From Paragordius varius (Eukaryota > Animalia > Nematomorpha): a stretch of DNA of 64,000 nucleotides. The stretch lies in assembly GCA_964247055.1 (NCBI GenBank), contig OZ176053.1, forward strand, positions 7,688,001 through 7,752,000. Reading direction: 5' to 3'. Of the stretch, positions 12,101 to 26,185 are shown piece after piece. The notes beneath the pieces were generated by a model. The model ran no database searches. It saw only the letters and a list, made by a program, of their open reading frames with translations, and had not been told where the DNA came from. Both the position numbers and the translations under genes were made by a program. Position 1 is the first letter of the stretch. Each line of letters opens with the position of its first letter.

Positions 12101-15100
12101 GGATTTATGAGATGGAGCTTGCTAAAACCGTTTTAAATTGTAAAATAAAAATTATATTACATAATAAAACTAGATGTTCTTACTTTTATCACCCGACTCA
12201 AAAATTCGAAAGTAATAATTTAAAAACTACTATAGTATTTATATCAGATCCATGTTCTAGCAAACAGGATACCAATTCAGACATCCCAAATGCACATGCT
12301 AAATGCAAAGGAGATTCATTACTCTTTATTAATTTATGTTCACTATCTTCATTTTCATTAGTTGTTTTTATTCGTAGACTAGCAAGATCTTTTGGTTGTT
12401 TGTTGTGAGAAGAAAAATGAATTTGACAGTTGCTATTATATAAACATATCAAAATAAGTTGGTAATACTTAAAATAGTTTCCTAGTATTGGCTATATAAA
12501 ATTATGATGAACCTTCTAACTAAAAAACATGCAGCATTTTCCATGTGGTGATAGATGGACCTATGGAGTAAAGATATGGATATTTTGCTATCTAAGGCTT
12601 CAGGCGCCCAGTAATTAGTATCACATCCATATTGAACCTTATAAAATTAGGACAATGTATAATTTAAATAGGATAAAAGATAATAAGTTTATGCAAAAAT
12701 AAGGGAATATAATATATTTATTTATGTATGATAAATAAAATAATATATATATATATATATATATTAATTACCAATATAGAAGCAACATCTAATTGATTTT
12801 CTACCAATGCAACCCATAACGGGTTAAACGGAAAAAGTTTATTTTGAGAATCACTATTTGCCATTGCCTTCTCTGTAGATACCGCCGGAGAATGTATTTG
12901 AAAAGGTGCATTTAAATCACATCCCATTTGACAGAGGGCTCTTACCACTTTGACGAGGCCTTTTTCAATAGCTATTCGCATTAGGGGACCACAACTGTAA
13001 TAAATAGTATATTAATTTGGATAGACTTTAAATATCTTAGGTTATTTTAATTATGTTGTTTTGTATGTGTTATAATTATACATAAATGATATGATATTTT
13101 AATTAATTAAATATGACTGTAAAAATAGTAAATTTTATGAAATAAAGTAATTATAATGTACCACAGGATTTTATTATAATATTAACAAATAATTTTGAAA
13201 AACTAATGCGTTTGATCCGATATTGGCCAAAAATGTGGTTATATTCAATTATTTAATAATTAAATCTAAATTTAAGGTAAAAACCCTTGGGAAAATCTTC
13301 ATAATTATGGATTAATTAGGTGAGGTTAGACTTATACAATATTTGTTAGATAACAAAATTCTGCAGTTCTCTTACATATATCTCTGATTGCAAATGTTTT
13401 TTAAATTAAAAATAAAACCAACTTTGTAACTAGGGATCCCTCTATGGAATTATCATAGTTATTATTGTTATTTGCAAAATTATTTTGCGATAATTTATTT
13501 TTCTCATGCGCTGCTTGTCCTTTCAACAAAGAACGATTGTAATTTGCCCCATTTTCCAATAGAAATATGGCTTGAGATTCCTGTCCATTTAATAGACAAC
13601 GTTCCAATAAACTTCTTCCATCTCCGTACTTTAAATGCAAATTCGCTCCATGAAACATTAACTGTACATATATTATTATTTTTATTACATTTATAGAAGC
13701 GTATATTAATAATAATCTTGCATGCAGAAATTGAAAGAATTATAACCTTTGTTGCTAAATCAAAATTTTGGTGAATCAATGCAAGTGATAAAGGACTATT
13801 TTCATCGCTGTCTATTACGTTAAGGTCTAACACACTTAACATCGGTAGGGCTAAATTAAAAAATATACATATTAATCAAAACATATATAAACGACAAAAA
13901 AATAAAATAAACTAACGTTTTAATGGTTTTTGATCTAGTTCGTCATTTTTCGGTTCAAGCTTCTCCTTCTCGGAAAATTTCGAATTCTTGTGCATGTCCA
14001 TCAAATGAAATAAAGAATCAATAAAGTCCCAATTTTCTGCTAGTATGGCAATGTGTAATGCTGTTTGATTTTTAACCAATGTAACAGCATTTAAATCTAT
14101 TTTTGGTGGAGGATTTGACGACTCCGTTTTATTTTTTGAGGTATAGTAACTTTCATTTTCTTCATTTTCCATTGAGTGTTTGAAAAGCAAAAATATCTGT
14201 TTGGCTATGGAAATATATTCCAAAGAGGAAGCTAAAATGTGTATGGGTCGGAATCCCTGTATCATAATATAAACTATATAATCTAATAATCCAAATTTTT
14301 TCAGCCTAAAAATTAATATCATTACTATAGAAAAGGGGGACTTTTATTGGAAATTATCTTATGAAAAATTTCATAAAAATAATTTCTTAATATTTTGCAA
14401 AAATAATTTTTCCCGATGATAAAATAAAAGCTTAATCCATATATGATTTTTTCACTAATTATAACCAATTTGTCAGTTAATTTCCAGCATTACAAATCAA
14501 AATAAAAAATAATTAATTGATATTCATAATTTACAGAAATAATGATCACGGATTATATAATATAAAAAATTTGAAAATAAATTTCCTTTTCTTTTTTGTT
14601 TAAATCGTATCTATATAAGTTTATGAATATTAATAGATATATTTTTGGGATTAACAGTAAATTACCATATTATCGCGGCAATTAAAGTTAATGCCCTGTT
14701 GATGGATAAGAAAAAGCGCACCCTCAAAATTCTTGGACAATAATAATTCATTCAATAGGGGTACACCTAAAATTAAAACCTTAATTTAACACATATAGAA
14801 ATGGGTTTTTGTAACGTTGAGTATAGTTTAAAAAACATGAATACTGATTAAAATAAAGCAAAAGTTTTTTTCCTCCCTACTTAATAATCTAATAGTAATT
14901 ACCATTAACAGGGTTTATGACATCTTTGTAGGCTACACCCTTTTCAATTAATTTAGCAGCAATGCTAAAATCAGTTTGTTGAGCTATACTATTTTCATGA
15001 TCCTTTCTATTCGATTCTACTTCGCTGTCATAGTTATTATATTTAGCTTTGAAGTGGTCGTTGCTAAAATTTATTTCAAAGTTTTCATCCTCGGTCAAAT

Positions 15101-17537
15101 CAAAAGGGTTACTGGAATCATCGAAGGTGCTGTTTCCATTGAGTAAGGTATTAGTAGACATATTAGTCAAATTGCAATCACCATCATATTTTCTGCCAAT
15201 ATTTAGCGCAGACCAAAGAAGGGAATGACCCCATTTATCCCGTATATTGTGAATGTCCAAAGCTATGCCATGTTCAATAAACGTATCAAAAGCAATCGTA
15301 TTATTGTGTTCGATAGCTAATTGCAAAGGAGTTCTAGTTTAAATGTGTGTGCAGAGAAAAAAAATATAAAAATATCCTAGATCTAATGTTTGAAGGTTAA
15401 ATAAATAATAGATGGAAGAAATCATATAATTGGAGCAAGGAATTAAATATATGGATATTTACTTGCAATCCATATTTAATGCATTTATGTCCGCCCCCAG
15501 GCTAATAAACCGTTTAATCAGCTCAGCATAAAAATTAGATTCATTATTGCTTTCTTCCTCAAGACTTATTAAAGACGGAGCTTCGGTGAATTCCTGTTGC
15601 GTTTTCTATCATTGTTTTTATAAAATAAAAAACATAAAGGACAAATGTATTTTTTTTATAAAAAAAACTATATTTAGATTGATATTTTTTAATCATAATC
15701 TTGTTATATAATTAGGATATATAGATGAAGTGTAACTCAATGTATCAAAGATCTAAAATATCATTTTCTAAAAAATATTGATCTTTTACTTTTTATTTGT
15801 TACAAGTTTATTTTTTAGCGTTTATTTTATATATATAATTTGATCTTGATTATTGAAACCATTTTTGAAGGGGCTATTGCACAAATATGAAGAATATTTT
15901 GTTTCGTGTGCAAATTTTTTATCAAACAATCACATCCATGATCCATCAAATAATTGGCCATACTATATTCACCTAAGATATAATATATCGGCAATTAAAA
16001 ACGACTTATTATGTATTTATCAAATAAGTTGAGAAAAAATGGTTTAAACCATATATATTTTTAGTATTTAGTGTAAAATTAATGACAAACAAAACTTCAT
16101 TTTGCACAAAAAGGATTAAACAAGTTAAAGAATTTTCAAAACAAAAAAAAGGTTCGACTAAATAATCCCAAAAAAATCAATTAATTTTGCAATCAAATAG
16201 AGATATAAAAAAAACCTCGCAAAATTAGTAAATGCAACAAAGGTCGATCCATTTTGTCGCAAGAATTAAGGTTGGCTTTATGCTCAATCAAACTTTTAGC
16301 CAAATCAATGTATCCCAATCTAATAGCATAATCTATTGGTATAGAACCGTCCGGCGTTAATTGTGAAAGTATTTGTGGAATCTGTGTTTTAAACATAGCA
16401 AAATAAACGTCTTTGTTATATAATTATGTTAATTAAAAATTAGTTATGTTTTATGAATATAAGAAGACAACATCATAAAGTAATAATTACCGATTACGAA
16501 TTTTATTGCAAAAAATAAGACAAAAATATATGGTAAAAATGATTTAATTAATCATTTATTAAATTGGATAATTAATTTGGATAACTGGATCCGCTATTTT
16601 AAATTACCTTAATATATTAAATGTAAATTTCATCCTCGGCGTCAAATAAAGGTATTTTCGTTAAATACCAAAGTTAAATAAAATTTGATTACATTAAAAA
16701 TTAAACTATCCTAATATTAAAAAAATGAAAAACATTTAAAGAACCCTTAATAATAATGAAAAAAACCTCATTTATATTATATTCAAAATATATTTCTAAA
16801 ACGTCCATCCTTCCATGATTGATGATATTTTCTAATAAATCTGTTGAGTAGATTTCTAATAAGCTATATAGAACAAGAGCCTTCAACATTTTAAAATCAT
16901 TAGGTGTATATGTAGACTAAAATATATTTTCTCATGATCATACCCAATAATTGCTTATAATGGCAAGTGAATGCTTTAACACTTTTTCAGCTTGAGATTC
17001 ATACGCTTTTTGATATATTTCTAAACTATTATCGCGGTTAATTTTTGGTATCAAATAATCTTGACATCTAAAATGATTTAAAATAACTAACATTTCATTT
17101 AATTCATTTAGTTGCAGCGTTTTTGTATATAAAATTATATCTGCAATTTCTTTAGGTGTAAGTGTTGATAAATTAATTTTGTTTGTATATATCCACTTAA
17201 AAATTAAATGCCCATATAAATAAGGTACTAATTATATTTTTTGATTACTTGCAAATGATATCTGAGTATTTGTTAAATCAAAATTTAAAAATAATTTCAA
17301 CAAAAATTTATGTCCAAACATTTTGCCATCTTGAAATAAAACGAGAATGTCACTAAATATAAGATACATATACCTAGAATCTTTTGAATCAAACAATTCT
17401 GACACTGAATTTAATAATTTACCAATAAATTCAGACGTAACCCTGTTACTTTGGGTATAATTATTTAACAAATCTTCAAACTTAGCTTTTAAAAGGATAT
17501 AATCGCTCTTAAGTTTTTCGTATGAAGGCTCAAGCAT
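9123..17537 (-). CDS. ANKFY1: Rabankyrin-5 (BTB + ankyrin repeats + FYVE), multi-exon
   Basis: N-terminal coiled coil/BTB (EFIGKLLNSVSELF..SDI..GHKFLL), ankyrin exons (SDIENVLFLLAIKANVNSRVQD..TPLHIA..EIIVRNL; ESPLHLACAFG), C-terminal FYVE (MLTEEPTWTDSDFCNECNTKFGITMRKHHC|RHCGRVLCTKCS..PVRVCSVCYDVL). The start could lie slightly upstream. Confidence 0.95.
10950..10972. repeat. (TA)n microsatellite at an ANKFY1 intron boundary
   Basis: Uninterrupted tatata run; similar runs at ~12745-12765 and ~52836-52870. Confidence 0.9.
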
Positions 17538-17663
17538 CCTGTAAATATATCACATTGTTTTAACCCGTGTATAATAAAAAACGTGTTTTTTTCAATGCTC
17601 ACATGATGATGTCATTATGTATTTACTGATTTTCGTAGTTCGTTTAAGTTAGCCTCATTATTA

Positions 17664-19100
17664 TTATTTATGCCATCTATGCATAATGTTGATATTTTGG
17701 GCTTGCAAGGACCGTATCATTGAATATTTTACACGGCGGTCCGTGGCGTTTGGGGCTAAAGAGGAAAAGAATTTACTGACAAAAGCGATGCGGTCCTTCT
17801 GTTTCATTTTATCTATCTGCATCTTATCCAAGACTTTCTGCGGCCCTTGAAGCATTTGTTTCGAGTAGCAATAAGAAACTTTTTGGTAGCGTCAGACATC
17901 CAATCTTCAGCAAGTCTCGGTTGGCGCCTTTCGCGTGTGATGAGTTCATGTTGGACAGAATCCCATTCATTCTTAAGGCCTATAAATTTTCTTATTGGTA
18001 TCCATTTAGCTTTAACACTTAGTTACAACTCATTCATTTCAGTCCTTAAATTCAAATTGGGATAGTTAGATACCCCAGGTTTGTTTAAAATTAAATATTT
18101 CAAAAAAATTTAAATAAATTGAAACCATGGCAAAAGTTTGCACTTTTATAACATTAATCAACCGAAATATAAAAAAAAATTCTTTAAAAAATATATAATA
18201 GTATTTATTCAGAGGTAAAACCCAAAGCTAAAAATTTAGCCATTATGACATGTGTCCATAAGCTAAAAATAAACATATTGCAAAATATACCATCTTCTGT
18301 TTATATCAATGTTATAGGTTATTTTAAAAAGAAGGAAACTTAATTTTACGCTTAGAATCAAATAAACAGTATATTTTTCGAAAATGTTGTAAAATAAAAA
18401 TGGCGCCAAAGTAGTTTGATATGAAATTTTTTTTCAAAACTAATTTTATTTAGATATTTTGGTTTATTTATATAATTTTTATTAGGATAGAAGCAAAAAT
18501 TTAAATTGAACCCGTGTTTTATCAGTTTTTCAAAAACATTAACGTCTGGGGTATTTAGATACCCCAATATAAATCGAGGCGTTAATCTCGGCACAAACTA
18601 GCAAGTGGTCTATAAGGAATTTATAATAATCCAAGCAAAAGATCCTTCCAGCCTTTCTTAAATCTTTTTCTCTGAGTAAGATGAAGTCGATTTGGGAGGA
18701 GCTTACGCCTCTGGGCCATGCGTGCGTACTGGCCCTTACCATTATTATTAAAGTGGGTGTTTCCGATGAGGAAATGTCTACTTTCGCCAAAGCCTGCCAA
18801 CACTTTGCCGCATGATAAGGAAGTGTTTAAGGGGTATTTGATGATGTTCCATAACATTAGATTTCTTCCAACACGACAGTTAAGCTCTCCACACATCAGT
18901 AGCGTGTAGAAGCGAGCTCGGGGTTTCTAAGTCGTGGAGAAAGTCTGAAAATTCGGTTTTGACGGACCCACAAGCACTTATCTTCACATATCGTCGTTGG
19001 TTGATGGTGATGTGTAATTCCGCTAGTCGATTTGAGTGTGGGATGAAATCGGTTATCTGGCGTAGTATATTGCGGTTCACAAGAAAACCGACTCCTCCCG
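17664..19100 (-). pseudogene. Decayed non-LTR retrotransposon (RTE-like APE endonuclease and linker), interrupted by a MITE
   Basis: Frameshifted fragments FIPHSNRLAELHI, CGELNCRVG (GDFNAKVG), FLIGNTHF, HAWP..SSQIDFIL (TW..NQIDYIL), IDHLLVCAEI (SDH.L) and EDWMSDATK (PWMS). Confidence 0.8.
18016..18581 (+). mobile_element. piggyBac-type MITE with TTAA target-site duplication
   Basis: TTAA at 18012-18015 and 18582-18585; the element begins CACTT. Removing it restores the LINE frame (CAEI|KAKWIPIRK). Confidence 0.8.
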
Positions 19101-19660
19101 AATCGCCGTTGGCCTTGCAGCTGACTAGTTTTAAATTTTGACCAAAAATCTCTCTACCATTGTAGTCGCACCGTGTCCCTTTATTATTCCATAAATGAAT
19201 TCAATTTTTCCGGAAAGTACAGGTTTTCCCACGGACGAACTTTAAAGTCTAATTTTTTAACACTTCATTACCTTTTCAATTTTTTGTCCTAGTTTTTATT
19301 TCGAAGTAGTTTTATCTCCCAGAGCTTTGTAAATAAACTACTTTTTGAAAGTATTTCAGCGAAAAATTTAATCAAACGTTGCTTCCATGTATTAGATAAA
19401 AAGCCTATATATTTACAGTTTTGTGACTTCTTGAGTCTAAAATCAGTTCCAAAACACGATTGAATCGAACAGCTGATATTAAAATAATAACATATCATGA
19501 TTTTGTGGTAAAATGTAGCTTGAAGCTTTTAAAAGTTAATTATTCATATTTTCTAACCTTATTATACATTTACTGACCTTTTGCATTGGCGATTTAAAAA
19601 AAATCATCGAAACAACGGCAAAAAAGTTTTGAGGATTTTTTTACAATATTACATTTTTAA

Positions 19661-20158
19661 CACTTCGATTCAAATTGGGGGATCTTAATATTCAGACTAA
19701 ATTTAAAATATTTTAAAAAACTACTGTAGGAAGCGGTCCCAATTTAATTTGCTTCTATCCTAATAAAAATTTTATAAAAAAGCCAAAATATCTAAATAAA
19801 ATTTTGCAAAATATCGTGTTTATTTGATTCTAACGTTAAAACTAAAGCAAATTATTCATTTAAATTACAAACCGTGATAGAAATAGATAAAGTGGTTTAT
19901 TTTGTATTAATTTTTACTTAGCCAATGCACATATGTTACGTTGATTAAATTTGTACCGTTCGGTTTTACATTATACCAAGTATTTTTCAATAAATTTTTT
20001 TATATATTTCGGTTTATCAATGTTTTATAGGTGCAAAATTTTTCCATGGCTTTGATTCTTTCCATACTTCTTAAAGTATTTAATTTTTAACAGTACATGG
20101 GTATCCAACTAGCCCAATTTAAATCGAAGGACTGAAATGAATGTGTTGTATCCAAGTG
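19661..20158 (-). mobile_element. Second, inverted copy of the same piggyBac-type MITE
   Basis: TTAA-CACTTCGATTCAAATTGGGGG at the left and AAGTG-TTAC at the right; the interior is the reverse complement of blocks in 18016-18581. Confidence 0.75.
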
Positions 20159-20530
20159 TTACAAAAAATTTTTTTATAATGCGCCTAAAAGACTAAAGAA
20201 AGCATATTCATAAATTACGCTTAATACCTTAAATTAGTGGTATTCAAACCGCGGCCCGCGGGCCCCACCATATTGATCTTTAAATTATTTTTTTTATTGA
20301 TGAATTTTTAAAATACACACAAACGAATTTTTGCTTATTTAAATATTAATTTATTTTCTTTAGATTTTGTTTTGGTAATTTTTATTTTTTAACCAATTTG
20401 AAATGTAGAAATATTTCATCACATTAAAATGATTTAAAAATTTTGGCACACATTGTTTCTGTTTCTATGTTCTATTTTCTTTTCTATCATATTCTTTTCA
20501 TTGCTATATTGCATCATTTTTTATAACTCA

Positions 20531-22117
20531 CTAGCGTAAATCTCGTGCTGCTACGCAGCCCGAGGAAGTCCTTCGGACTTCTGTGGGGGGAGGGCTATTG
20601 GAAAAACGGGACATGAAAATGATCCACTTCGAAACATTATTTAATATATAGGATTTTATAGGAATTTCAAAACGGAGCATTCATACTAATATATTGTTTA
20701 ACTTGGGGAAAAATAGATTTAAAAAATTATTTTTGTGGACCTTTTTTAAAAATGGCATTTTACGGTGGGAGCGGGTAAAAAGAGGGCCTAAATCAAAAAA
20801 GCGAGACGACTATGTTCAGCGCAATCGAAAATAAGTAAACAAAATCATATTTGAAATTGAATGGACCAACAAGTTCTCCAGAAAATTGTCTCAAAGCCAC
20901 AATTTTTTTGGGCTTCTGTTTTCAAAAAAACCCGCTTTTCACACGGGGTGGGCCCGAACTGGGGGCCTATTTCAAAAAACGGGCGAAGCTATTGTCGGGG
21001 CATTCACTAATGATTATATTTTTTCTATATTTGGATTTGATTGGGTTCACCGGTTTTCCGGAAACAGATCACAAATTTACATGAGGAATCAGTTTTTAGC
21101 GGGTAGCTCCTTACCCAGCAGCTATCATCAAAGAAACGCTTGACTAAGATTTTTGCCTTTTAACAGGGAATATGTGGAATCCATATAGAATTATACGGAC
21201 CCATACCTAGGGCGAAAAATAGATTTAAAAAAATATTTTTGTGGACATTGTTTTTTGAAAAAAATGGCATTTTACGGGGGAAGCGGGTAAAAAGAGGGCC
21301 TAAATCAAAAAAGGGAGACGACTATGTTCAGCGCAATCGAAAATAAGTAAACAAAATCATATTTGAAATTGAATGGACCAACACGTTCTCCAGAAAATTG
21401 TCTCAAAGCCACGATTTTTGTGGGCTTCTGTTTTCAAAAAAACCCGTTTTTCACACGGGGTAGGCCCGAACTGGGGGCCTATTTCTACGGGCGAAGCTAT
21501 TGTCGGGGCTTTACTAATGATTATATTTTTCGATATTTGGATTTGATTGGGTTCACCGGTTTTCCGGAAACAGATCACATATTTACATGAGGAATCAGTT
21601 TTTAGCGGGTAGCTCCTTGCCCAGCAGCTATCATTAAAGAAACGCTTGACCAAAATTGCCTTTTAACAGGGAATATGTGGAATCCATATAGAATTTTTAC
21701 GGACTCATACCTAGGGCGAAAAATAGATTTAAAAAAATATTTTTGTGGACATTGTTTTTTGAAAAAAATGGCATTTTATGGGGGGAGCGGGTAAAAAGAG
21801 GGCCTAAATCAAAAAAGCGAGACGACTATGTTCAGCGCAATCGAAAATAAGTAAACAAAATCATATTTGAAATTGAATGGACCAACGTTCTTAAGAAAAT
21901 TGTCTCAAAGCCACGATTTTTGTGGGCTTCTGTTTTCAAAAAAAAACCGTTTTTCACACGGGGTAGGCCCGAACTGGGGGCCTATTTCTACGGGCGAAGC
22001 TATTGTCGGGGCATTTACTAATGATTATATTTTTTCGATATTTGGATTTTATTGGGTCTACCGGTTTTCGGTACCAGATCACAAAGCCAGCATTTTCCAT
22101 TTTTATAAATATATAGA
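20531..22117 (-). mobile_element. Non-autonomous Helitron copy 1
   Basis: Minus-strand 5' end A|TCTATATATTTATAAAAATGG at 22117. The 3' end is CTAG|T at 20531, preceded by hairpins GCTGC-GTA-GCAGC and GAAGTCC-GAA-GGACTTC. A|T insertion without TSD. Confidence 0.85.
20706..22117. repeat. ~503-bp tandem repeat, ~2.8 copies, inside Helitron copy 1
   Basis: The unit start gg(g/c)gaaaaatagatttaaaaaa recurs at ~20706, ~21210 and ~21713; this explains the repeated MKLNGPT ORFs. Confidence 0.9.
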
Positions 22118-24299
22118 TTCCCATAAAATATTTTTCAATTCAACATCATAAATTTCGACCTGTGTTTTTATAGCATAATTCAAATTATATACCTATTTTT
22201 TTAAAAAAATTACAAAATATTTAAAAAATTCAAAGGATGACATCTAATGCTAAAAAACGTAAATTATCCGGTGAAAATCGCTTCTTTAAAAAAGAATGGG
22301 AAGAAAAATTGTTTGTCGTTTTAAATAAAAACGTAGTTACCTGCCTTACATGTAAGGACAATAAATTATAAAAAAATACAATATTAAAAGACTTAGGATC
22401 TATCATTCTCATAAATTACCATGAAATCATGGGGAGAAACGAAAAATATGAAAGATTAAGGAATTATATCAAAAAGAAAAATCTATGATGTCCATAGCTT
22501 TCTCCCAGGAAAAAGCTGGAATATTAGCTTCGTATAAAATTCACTATATTTTAGGAAAAATTATGACACCGTTTACTGATTCCCAACTAATAAAATAATG
22601 CCTAATAAATGGTTGCACTTTTTTATTTGATTCCATAATAAAGATCAAATCATGAGGCAAAGTAAACTTCAACTTTCTGGTGTAACATCTGCTCGACTCA
22701 TTGTAGATATGTTATATTTTTAACAATACATTATTGCTCTGAAAAACTGCAACTTTCGTATTGCTATTGATTCTAGCACTGATATTAGTTCAACACTTCA
22801 TCTGCGCTCCTCGTGAGATTTTGCAACGACAACATAAAATCGACGAGGAATTAAAATTTTTACCAAAAAATAATACCATGAAAGGAAGTGCTTTTCTTAT
22901 TATAATTAGCACTTTTATCGATAATAATGGTATATCTATGAAAAAATTGGTTTCGATCTGCACAGATGGCTGTGCCTCTATGAAAAACAAATATAATTTA
23001 CAAAAATTTTATCCTTTCACTGTTTATTCATCAGCAAAACTTGGTTTCGCGCGTATAAGAGGAATCACTCAATTCAGTAATTAAAACGGTTGTGGATATA
23101 GTTAACCACATCCGTGGCAAAGAATTACACCGCCGTAAATTCAAAACCCTTCTGAAAGATATCAAATGAGTTGGATGTTCTTTTGTACACAACTGTGAGC
23201 GGGCTAAGCCTTAGCAAAGTAATAAGATTTTTTGTTTTAAGACATGAAATTCTATTATTTATAAATAGAAGTTTGACGAGGATATTAATAGTGACAAAAG
23301 GTGGGTTTTATCAGCCTATCTTTGCGACATTACTTATAACCTTATTTATACAATAGTCTTCAAGCGGAAAATAATAACTCAATTTGCTAATCAAATATTT
23401 GCTTTTGAAGAAAAATTAATAATTATAAAAAAAAATTATAAATAAAAACTCCTATATTTTCCAACACTTAAAACGATGCATGAAAAAAATATGGATACCG
23501 CGGAGTAATAATAGACAATCATTTAACATATTTAGCTAATAAGATGAAATTCAGATTTCATTGAGAAATATTAAAAATTGCTTAAAACTCGTTGATAATC
23601 CATGGTATATGGATATATCCAATATTAAGCAACTTGAGAATTTCAGTTTCAATCAGCCGCATATCATTGAAGAATTCCTAGATTTTAAAAATGATTCCAA
23701 TTTGGAGGCTATCAAGAATCATAAAGAAAGATATGTAGAGTTATGGCAGATGTGTCAAATAAATATGAAATAAAAAAATGTACTCAAGTTATCCTACCTG
23801 TTTTTCCCTTAACTTACACTTGTGAGATGGCAATTCAAAAATGAAGTATGTCAAGAATGCATACGAAAATCGCTTAACCGATGATCATATGGACGACGTA
23901 TTAATTGGCCTGTCATAGGGCGAAACCAAATTTGTCAAAAATTGGTTAATATCAAAATAAATGTTATCAAACTTTTTTGATTTTTTAAACTAAATGGTGC
24001 CAAACGATTTTTAGCTAGATTTACATGCGATCCGCAAAAAATTTATCGTGCTAATTTAGAGCACAAATATGTGCATATGTGTAAAATAACTATGAAATAT
24101 TTGCCATAATAAGGTTCATGGCCCTCGAAAAAAAATATATTTTATCCAACTCGTCAAATTTTTTGGTGAGTACCACTAGATTATATGATCGTGCTTACGT
24201 GGGTTGGGTAATTTTTATTTATGATATATTTTTGTTTGAGATCAGTAATATATGTGGGGTAAGAAATTATTATAATACGATAAAGTCCATTTATCACCG

Positions 24300-26185
24300 A
24301 ATGTAGACAGATTTCCTAGAAAATTTAAAGGTATACGCATCTTAGAAGTGAACATACCAAGTTCTTCCGCGCCTGCCTAGCCGATCATAAAAAAGTGGTA
24401 TAATTCAAAAAAATCACCATAACACAAAGCATCGACTTAATTCATCAGAAAAGAATAGCAAAATTCAAGGGCACTCCCCTTTAGTAAAAAAATATCAAAA
24501 ATGAACCACAAAAAAGCATTAGATCCGGCAAAGAATCTCATTATAATACAATCTACGCTAACCTAAAGCAAGCTGCCATATCACCACTATTTCTCTTACA
24601 TTAAAGACATTTACCCGCGCAAAAAACAAATGTACAAAGGTCACATGTCTTACCCAAACGAAAAACTTCTAACCGATAAAAAAAAGTAAAACTTTGGGAA
24701 GAATACATGCAAAATTTGTTCACACAATCAAATAAAATCGCTATGAACCTTAAAAAACTAAAGAAGAATTAAATGAGCCCTGAGGCACTCATCAACCGGC
24801 AAAGCAGAGGGATTTAACGACATCCCTACTGAGTGAGCTACAAAGGCACATTTCCATAAATTCATGCATTATTCTAAAAAATCTTCAGTGAGGCACCATT
24901 CGCGGCTGGAACAAATCATCCGTGGTTCCGATATTCAAAAAGGGCGATCCTAAATTATGTGAAAACTACCGCACGATAGCATTAGTCAACCAAACCTCAA
25001 GAGTGTTTTTAAAAATAATACAAAATCATCTACAAACATATGCCAACCCGGAATCTTAATGACACAGGCAGGCTTTAGAGATAAAGTGTCGAGACATGAT
25101 CTCAAACATTAGATGGATAATGGAAAAAAAACAGTGAATTCCAAAATGAGCTACACCTATACTTCGTGGATTTCTCTAAAGCATTCGAGAAACCCTTCAA
25201 CGTGTTCTCTGGAAGGCCCTTAAACAAATAGGAGTTTGCGATATAATCAAAGTAATTAATTCCAAATACTCCAACTCCAAGCTATACTCACCCCGCATGG
25301 CTCGATTCCCTGTAGCCCATTGAACATAGCTCTGCGTCAAGGCTGCATTTCATCCCCCATGTTGTTCAACATTTATTTGGAATGCATTATAAGGGATCTA
25401 AATCTGTTAGGAATAAAAGTTGGTCACATTCTGGCGACTCTCCACTACGCAGACGAGATGGTTGGCAAATTCACATACAAGCCTTGAAAACAGTCTCGGA
25501 ACTTTTATAAATCAGTGGAAATAATACAATCTAATATTAAACCTCAACAAACTAAATATTAAAATCAACTCCCCTCATTCCTAAGACTCGCTTTGGATTT
25601 AAAACGAAACAATTCAAGTGGACGAAAAGGCATTATCAACAATTCAAGTGGTCGGAAGCATCATCAACGATTCAAGCTCCGGTTCCCATAAAAAGACGCA
25701 TAGCTATCGCCAAATGCGCTCTAGCCTCACACTACAAGAGACAAATTTAAAAACAAAAATCCGACTAATAAACGCATTAATATTTCCTATCATGTTATAC
25801 GGATGTGAAAGCTAGACTATTATAGGTGAAGACGAGAAAAGATTAAACGCTTTTGAAATGTTTTGTTGGAGAAAAATACTTGGTATAACATGGAAGGACA
25901 ATATAAAGAACACGGACATCGTAAAAAAAGCAACGCACAAACAACGCTTCAGGGTAAAATAATAAAAAAAATTCGGTTATTTTTTGGAAAAGGATATTAT
26001 GTTAGGAAAAGTAAATGGCAAGAGAGGAAGAAAACGAAGACGTTTTCTTGGATATACGAAATCTTATCACTTTCAAAAATGCTGCAAATATCTCAACAAG
26101 CCCACGACAGAACCGAGTAAATGGTTTTCCTAAAAAATCGCTAATGGTCGATAACTAGCTACAAGCTAAACAACAACAAAAATTC
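24300..26185 (+). pseudogene. Decayed 5'-truncated RTE-clade LINE (end of endonuclease, RT and C-terminus)
   Basis: Fragments NYRTIALVNQTSRVFLKII, QAGFR, FVDFSKAF, LRQGCISSPMLFNIYL, HYADE, IRLINALIFPIMLYGCES, RLNAFEMFCWRKILGI; short (CAA)n tail at ~26170. Confidence 0.88.

Larger units (their letters stand above)
20235..24178 (+). mobile_element. hAT (Charlie/Buster, GTF2IRD2-like) DNA transposon with decayed transposase (~22237-23920); contains a nested Helitron
   Basis: Left end TAGTGGTATTCAAACCGCGGCCCGCGGGCC, right end GAGTACCACTA; degenerate 8-bp flanks ccttaaat/gattatat. The pseudo-ORF begins MTSNAKKRKLSGENRFFKKEWEEKLFVV..TCLTC and later has LVSICTDGCASM; many stops and frameshifts. Confidence 0.8.

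Noticed and set aside
20851-22151. Repeated MKLNGPT... ORFs as a small gene family (also 33417-33638, 28928-29314)
   Set aside because: They are by-products of the 503-bp Helitron unit; frames and stops differ between copies.
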